Below, in pieces: positions 62,131 to 63,831 of a stretch of 63,831 nucleotides of DNA (positions are counted from its first letter, which is position 1; every line of letters begins with the position of its first letter). Under the pieces are notes generated by a model that was not told the origin of the DNA, did no database searches, and was given only the letters and a program-made list of their open reading frames with translations. Position numbers and translations under genes: made by a program. Origin of the DNA: Octopus bimaculoides (taxonomy: Eukaryota); assembly GCF_001194135.2 (NCBI RefSeq), contig NC_068989.1:84693966-84757796 (forward strand). The letters are read 5' to 3'.

Positions 62131-62303
62131 CTAGGGTACTTACTCAGCGACTAGGGTACTTACTCAGCGACTAGGGTACTTACTCAGTGGCTAGGGTACT
62201 TACTCAGTGGCTAGGGTACTTACTCTGCGATTAGGGTACATACTCAGTGACTAGGGTACTTGCTCAGCAACTAGGGTACTTACCCAGCAGCTAGGGTACT
62301 CAG
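62131..62303. repeat. Minisatellite, 8.5 x 20 bp
   Basis: ctagggtacttactcagcga units start at 62131, 62151, ... 62291. Confidence 0.95.
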
Positions 62304-62689
62304 TCAATAGAACAGCTTGTATAGTCATCATTGAAACTGATGAGGATTCCTTTGTTTTGACTTTATAGTTATGTGTCAGCCATTCTGTCAGTGGATTTTG
62401 GTAAAATGAGGACTAGGGTCAACATAATTGACTAAACCCATGAAGACAGTGCCCCAGCATGGCCACAGTCCAGAAACTGAAACTACTCGAAGTATATCAC
62501 TTCAGTGTGTATACTTAGAAAACTGTTGAATGTACCCTCTACATTCACATACACACACTCTCTCTCTCTCTCTCATGTGAGTGTACTTGTGTGTATGTAT
62601 GTATTTGTGTGTGTGTGTGTGTATATATGGATGGATAGATAGGTAAAGAGAGAGAGAGCGATAATGTATATCTTAATGTTTCAAACCAG

Positions 62690-63005
62690 ATAAAAAGTAC
62701 CAGTCAAGTTCGGTGTAATTGATTTTCCTCTCCCCTTAAAAACTGCTGGCCCTTTGCCAAAATTTGAAACCATTATTATTATTATTATTATCATTATTAT
62801 TATGAAGGCAACAAGCTGGCAGAGTCGTTAGCATGCTGGACGAAATGCTTAGCAGTATTTTGCCTGTCACTATGTTCTGAGTTCAAATTCTGCCGAGGTC
62901 GTCTTTGCCTTTCATCCTTTTGGGGTTGATAAATGAAGTACCAGTGGAATTCTGGGGTTGATGTAATTGATTTAGTCTCCTCCCCCAAAGCTTCAGATTA
63001 TTATT
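62690..63005 (+). mobile_element. Family A tail fragment, (att)n, then a full family A SINE
   Basis: ...ccaaaatttgaaacc(att)n gaaggcaacaagctggcag... Confidence 0.8.
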
Positions 63006-63520
63006 ATTATTATTATTATTATCATTATTATTATTATTATTATCAATATATCTTGGGTCAGTGTGCCAATTCTCAGCATGAACCTTTATGTCAGAAAACC
63101 CAGTCTGGCAGAGGGCACTTGCTCTTGGCAGTAAGGGCAATTCAGGATCTCTGGGGTTCTTCGACTACACACAGCTGTTTCCTTACTGTAATATTTTTCA
63201 TGCCTTTTTTTTTTCCTTTATATTTATGTTGTTTTTCAGGCCTGTTTGTCCCCTACTTGACTTCTGTTATCCTACCATCACTACCACCACCACCACCACC
63301 ACCACCACCACCACTGTCATTGTAATGTTCCATTATTTATTACCCTTGTGGCAAATATTGAAACATTAATATGATTGGAGTTGAAAGCCTGCCAAAATCC
63401 AATACGTCCTTTTTTTTCCCCCCCTATAGCATCCCAGCAAATCAGATAAAATAGGTGTCAGTCAGCTACTGGGAATGATATAAAAATGTATGGTTTTGGT
63501 ACCAATATTAGAGACGATTG

Positions 63521-63733
63521 AAGGCGGCAAGCTGACAGAAATGGTAACATGCCAGGCGAAATGCTTAGCAGTATTTCATCTGTCTTTACATTCCGAGTTC
63601 AAATACCACTGAGGTCAACTTTGCTTTTCATCCTTTCGAGGTTGACAAATTAAGTACCAGTTGCGTACTGGGGTCGATCTAATCGACTGGCCCCTCCCCC
63701 AAAATTTTGGGCCTTGTGCCTAGAGTAGAAAAG
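63521..63733 (+). mobile_element. Full-length family A SINE with 17-bp TSD
   Basis: TSD aatattagagacgattg (63504-63520) / aatattagagaccattg (63734-63750). Confidence 0.92.
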
Positions 63734-63756
63734 AATATTAGAGACCATTGTGTTGC

Positions 63757-63831
63757 CATCCGGTTTCACCAGTCCTCAGTCAAATCGTCCAACCCATGCT
63801 AGCATGGAAAGCGGACATTAAACGATGATGA
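63757..63831 (+). mobile_element. 5'-truncated family C tail
   Basis: Nearly identical to 15517-15592. Confidence 0.85.

Overview
Eukaryotic, AT-rich animal genomic DNA dense in microsatellites and SINEs, with 11 N-gaps (~4.1 kb). The repeat content points to a coleoid cephalopod, most likely Octopus (inference). The window lies inside one + strand gene that I read as the MRL-family adaptor (MIG-10/RIAM/Lamellipodin; pico/RAPH1/APBB1IP-like). Two coding exons are visible, 1614-1725 and 34538-35004. They splice in phase across a 32.8-kb GT-AG intron to give ...ESFRLSFLNNE-E-NQDVNLDAILGELCELECQL...DSAYSDNASL... The RA and PH exons are not in the window. Everything else is intron: several tRNA-derived or RTE-tailed SINE families, hAT-, Tc1/mariner-, piggyBac- and Helentron-like non-autonomous elements, two decayed LINE ORF fragments (R4/Dong-like endonuclease, RTE-like ORF2) and simple repeats. 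Almost all ORF-track entries are artefacts of microsatellites, gaps or SINEs. I see no CRISPR, rRNA or true tRNA gene and no demonstrable new biological system. The best leads are hypotheses: a perfect 74-bp-arm foldback with an 8-bp TSD, a candidate alternative first exon encoding MAFLLTCCQKK, LD-like motifs in the coding exon, SINE arrays built by (ATT)n-tail targeting, and inverted SINE pairs that could form ADAR or back-splicing substrates. Family names for genes and repeats come from recalled motifs, not from database searches.
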